Source: Monodelphis domestica (Eukaryota). From it: DNA of 64,000 nt. The notes below the pieces were generated by a model. That model was not told the DNA's origin. It was given only the letters and a program-made list of their open reading frames with translations, and did not search any database. The position numbers and the translations under genes were made by a program. The stretch lies in contig NC_077227.1 in NCBI RefSeq assembly GCF_027887165.1, forward strand, positions 173,162,324 through 173,226,323, read 5' to 3'. This document shows, one piece after another, positions 62,561 through 64,000 of this stretch (position 1 is the stretch's first letter; each line of letters begins with the position of its first letter).

Positions 62561-63163
62561 ATAATTAATAATAAATGCTTAGCCCTTTGCTTTCCCTTTC
62601 CAGTCTCCTTTAAAAATCCTGATGGGGAGACTTCCGGTTAAGATGGCGGCTTAGAGAAAGCTAAAGTTCAGATCTCCGGAAAACCCTTCCCAACCTATCT
62701 CAAACTATAAGCTCCTAAGGTGCCGAAATTCAAAACGATCAACAGCACAGACCCTGGGAACCCTCCTCCTGGACCTGGACCCGGTTCAAAAGGTACGGCT
62801 CCCCTCAAAAGCCAGAACCCGAGATCACTCGGACTTCAGGGGTAGGAGCGCAGAGTCCAAGGCTCCCGGAAGCCGCAGCCCGGCAGGGCTCAGAGAGCAG
62901 GGTCCTCGGAACAACAACCCTCAGGGCCTTCTACCCGAGTCCCGGTGAAAGTTACTGCCTGGGGCTTCTGCTGCAGAGAGCTGGTCGAAACAACAGCAAC
63001 CTTCAGGGCGGGCAAGACAGCCTCACTGGCTGGATCCTGCTATCCAAGTCTCAGTGAAAGTCCTTGCCCTCGGAGCTTGGGGAAGCTGCAGCCCATCCCC
63101 CCCGCAGGCCGACGAAACAGCCTCACGGCCAGCGATTCTGAAGGCAACTTCCGGAAAGCGAGC

Positions 63164-63190
63164 GGGGGGGGGGGGGGGGGGGGGGGGGGG
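63164..63190 (+). repeat. Homopolymer (G)27 inside the L1 5'UTR.
   Basis: agcggggggggggggggggggggggggggggaagag. Confidence 0.9.
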
Positions 63191-63345
63191 AAGAGTGTGG
63201 CCTCCTGGTCCGACCCTTCCATTCCAGTTCCAGTGAGGCATATTCAGTTTAACCCAGGGAAAGCTCATAGAACCAACATCTGCCCAGGACTAAAGCCTCT
63301 GAACACCAGACAGAGATAAGAAAAGCTAATCCTCCACATTCAGAG

Positions 63346-64000
63346 ATGGCAAACTCCACAGAAGCACAGAAGCCCCAAAATACCAAGAAAAATAAGAAGA
63401 AAGGGGCGACTTTGGACACATTCTATGGAGCCAAAATACAAAATACAGAGCAGATAGAAGAAGATATACAAGAAAATTCTCCAAAATCTTCCAAAGGAAA
63501 TAGAAACTCTCCACAAACCCATGAAGAATTTGAATCAGAAATGACCAAAAAGATGGAAGCCCTCTGGGAGGAAAAGTGGGAAATAATGCAAAAGAAATTC
63601 ACGCATCTACAAAACCAGTTTGACCAAACTGTAAAAGAAAACCAGGCTTTAAAGCAAGAACTAATAAAGCAAAGCCAAAACACCAAGAAATTAGAAGAGA
63701 ACATAAAATATCTCACCGACAAGGTGATAGATCTGGAAAATAGAGGGAGAAGAGAAAATTTAAGAATAATTGGACTCCCAGAAAAGCCAGAAATAAACAC
63801 CAAACTGGACATGGTGATACAAGATATAATCAAAGAAAATTGCCCAGAGATTCTAGAACAAGGGGGCAATACAGCCACTGACAGAGCTCACAGAACACCT
63901 TCTACACTAAACCCCCAAAAGACAACTCCCAGGAATGTAATTGCCAAATTCCAAAGCTATCAAACAAAAGAAAAAATCCTACAGGAAGCCAGAAAAAGAC
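63346..64000 (+). CDS. L1 ORF1 protein, N-terminal 218 codons, truncated by the window edge.
   Basis: MANSTEAQKPQNTKKNKKKGATLDTFYGAKIQNTEQIEEDIQENSPKSS...MEALWEEKWEIMQKKFTHLQNQ...NIKYLTDKVIDLENRGRRENLRIIGLPEKPEINTKLD... It is open to position 64000 and homologous to the ORF1 at 30884. Confidence 0.8.
   Translation, partial: MANSTEAQKPQNTKKNKKKGATLDTFYGAKIQNTEQIEEDIQENSPKSSKGNRNSPQTHEEFESEMTKKMEALWEEKWEIMQKKFTHLQNQFDQTVKENQALKQELIKQSQNTKKLEENIKYLTDKVIDLENRGRRENLRIIGLPEKPEINTKLDMVIQDIIKENCPEILEQGGNTATDRAHRTPSTLNPQKTTPRNVIAKFQSYQTKEKILQEARKR

Larger units (their letters stand above)
62631..64000 (+). mobile_element. 5' end of a third L1: a CpG-rich 5'UTR and the start of ORF1. It continues beyond the window edge.
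   Basis: It starts gagacttccggttaagatggcgg, the same first 10 nt as the 30296 L1 5'UTR, but the remaining 5'UTR sequence differs. ORF1 starts at 63346. Confidence 0.85.

Noticed and set aside
63023-63268. Several overlapping ORFs with poly-Gly and poly-Pro runs.
   Set aside because: They are caused by the (G)27 homopolymer in the L1 5'UTR.

Overview
This 64 kb window is AT-rich mammalian DNA, almost certainly from a marsupial. It is full of tRNA-derived SINEs that carry pol III A and B boxes, MIR-like SINEs, and L1 LINEs at several ages, which matches opossum-type repeat content. It contains no prokaryotic-style system: no CRISPR array, no operons, and no rRNA or genuine tRNA genes. At least half of the sequence is interspersed repeat.

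The one real host gene I can support lies on the minus strand and resembles PARP14, an interferon-inducible mono-ADP-ribosyltransferase. Its terminal catalytic exon (10304-10569) ends with the family signature YPEYLITYK. Upstream are a WWE-domain exon (15012-15535) and a roughly 1.4 kb fully open exon (21008-22396) that matches the KH-like repeat region of PARP14. All three have canonical splice sites. The copy looks atypical. I find no macrodomain exons between the KH-like and WWE exons. The exon that should carry the H-G-S catalytic motif survives only as a frameshifted relic (10880-11074).

Further 5' on the same strand, at 40234-41292, is a 353-codon open exon of unknown product. It has an ATG, a plausible acceptor just upstream, and a perfect AAG|GTAAGT donor.

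At 45545-45650 there is a compact promoter-like module: two interferon-stimulated response elements, GC boxes and a TATA-like box. It points toward the minus strand and could drive the locus.

Mobile elements account for the rest:
- A nearly intact full-length L1 (30296-36737) has an intact ORF1 and an ORF2 broken by a single TAG codon. It is nested inside an older L1 3' end, with a 17 bp target-site duplication.
- A 5'-truncated minus-strand L1 (46833-51124) also has a clear target-site duplication.
- A third L1 5' end with a distinct CpG-rich 5'UTR begins at 62631 and runs off the window.
- Several older L1 fragments and two related LTR-like repeats are present.
- Many SINE insertions are flanked by recognisable target-site duplications.

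Low-complexity tracts include (GGGA)n(GA)n, (TTCC)n, (TA)n, and long poly-G runs of about 27 nt inside L1 UTRs.
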